DNA of 4,691 nucleotides from IMG/VR virus record IMGVR_UViG_2693429748_000020, one strand, 5' to 3'. The notes beneath the pieces are model-generated. The model worked only from the letters and a program-made list of their open reading frames with translations, was not told where the DNA came from and did no database searches. This DNA comes from a virus. Taxonomy: Duplodnaviria > Heunggongvirae > Uroviricota > Caudoviricetes. The stretch's first letter is position 1. Each line of letters begins with the position of its first letter. Position numbers and translations under genes: made by a program. This document shows, piece after piece, positions 4,539 to 4,691 of the stretch.

Positions 4539-4691
4539 GATCTAAATACTGATCTCCCCCTCGCCAAAAACGAGCGTCTAAAAAATTCGAGCCGGAGGCT
4601 ATTGAGCTGCCCGATTGGTTGCCGGAAACACTCTGGCATGAGTGGGTCCGGTTCAGACAGGCATTGCGAAAACCGATTCGAACGGAGCAGG

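Larger units (their letters stand above)
4401..4691 (+). pseudogene. Out-of-frame continuation of the replication gene: basic/poly-Glu linker, then a conserved phage C-terminal domain running off the window
   Basis: Only the frame with codons starting at positions divisible by 3 is open across 4401-4552 (..KRAVTNERVTKIRELKRKGNAASVTQTDQKALPEEEEEEEEEEEEDLNTDLP..). From 4553 another frame reads ..KKFEPEAIELPDWLPETLWHEWVRFRQALRKPIRTEQ with no start codon of its own. Frame changes coincide with an A8 run (4399-4406) and a C5/A6 run (4556-4585). Confidence 0.45.

Noticed and set aside
1-4691. tRNA, rRNA or CRISPR features
   Set aside because: No cloverleaf-compatible segments, rRNA-like conserved blocks or spacer-interrupted direct repeats were seen on either strand.

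Overview
This window reads as a lambdoid (Qin/Rac/CP-933P-like) enterobacterial prophage early-control region containing two different immunity cassettes in tandem, joined by a defective IS3-family element. Cassette A (~176-1190) has an XRE-HTH repressor (439-858, -), a divergent Cro-like gene (955-1197, +) and a CAC-N5-GTG operator family. Cassette B (~2737-3585) has a DicA-like repressor (2895-3302, -), a DicC-like Cro (3379-3606, +) and a TTAG-N6-CTAA operator family. Both cassettes sit between near-identical arms: a ydfA-like small gene on the repressor side (copy A carries a 96-bp in-frame deletion) and a YdaT-like (CII-analog) gene on the cro side. Copy A of the YdaT-like gene is cut at 1462/1463 by the IS remnant (1463-2524, minus orientation), which has an intact left end and orfA but has lost the orfB 3' end and right inverted repeat. 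Downstream of the complete cassette B lies a replication-initiator-like gene (from 4090) that appears broken by two 1-nt homopolymer frameshifts. It carries three 19-bp palindromes (GTAACGCT-N3-AGCGTTAC) and a (GAGGAA)6 repeat encoding a poly-Glu linker. All family names are from recalled protein similarity and sequence inspection; no database search was run.
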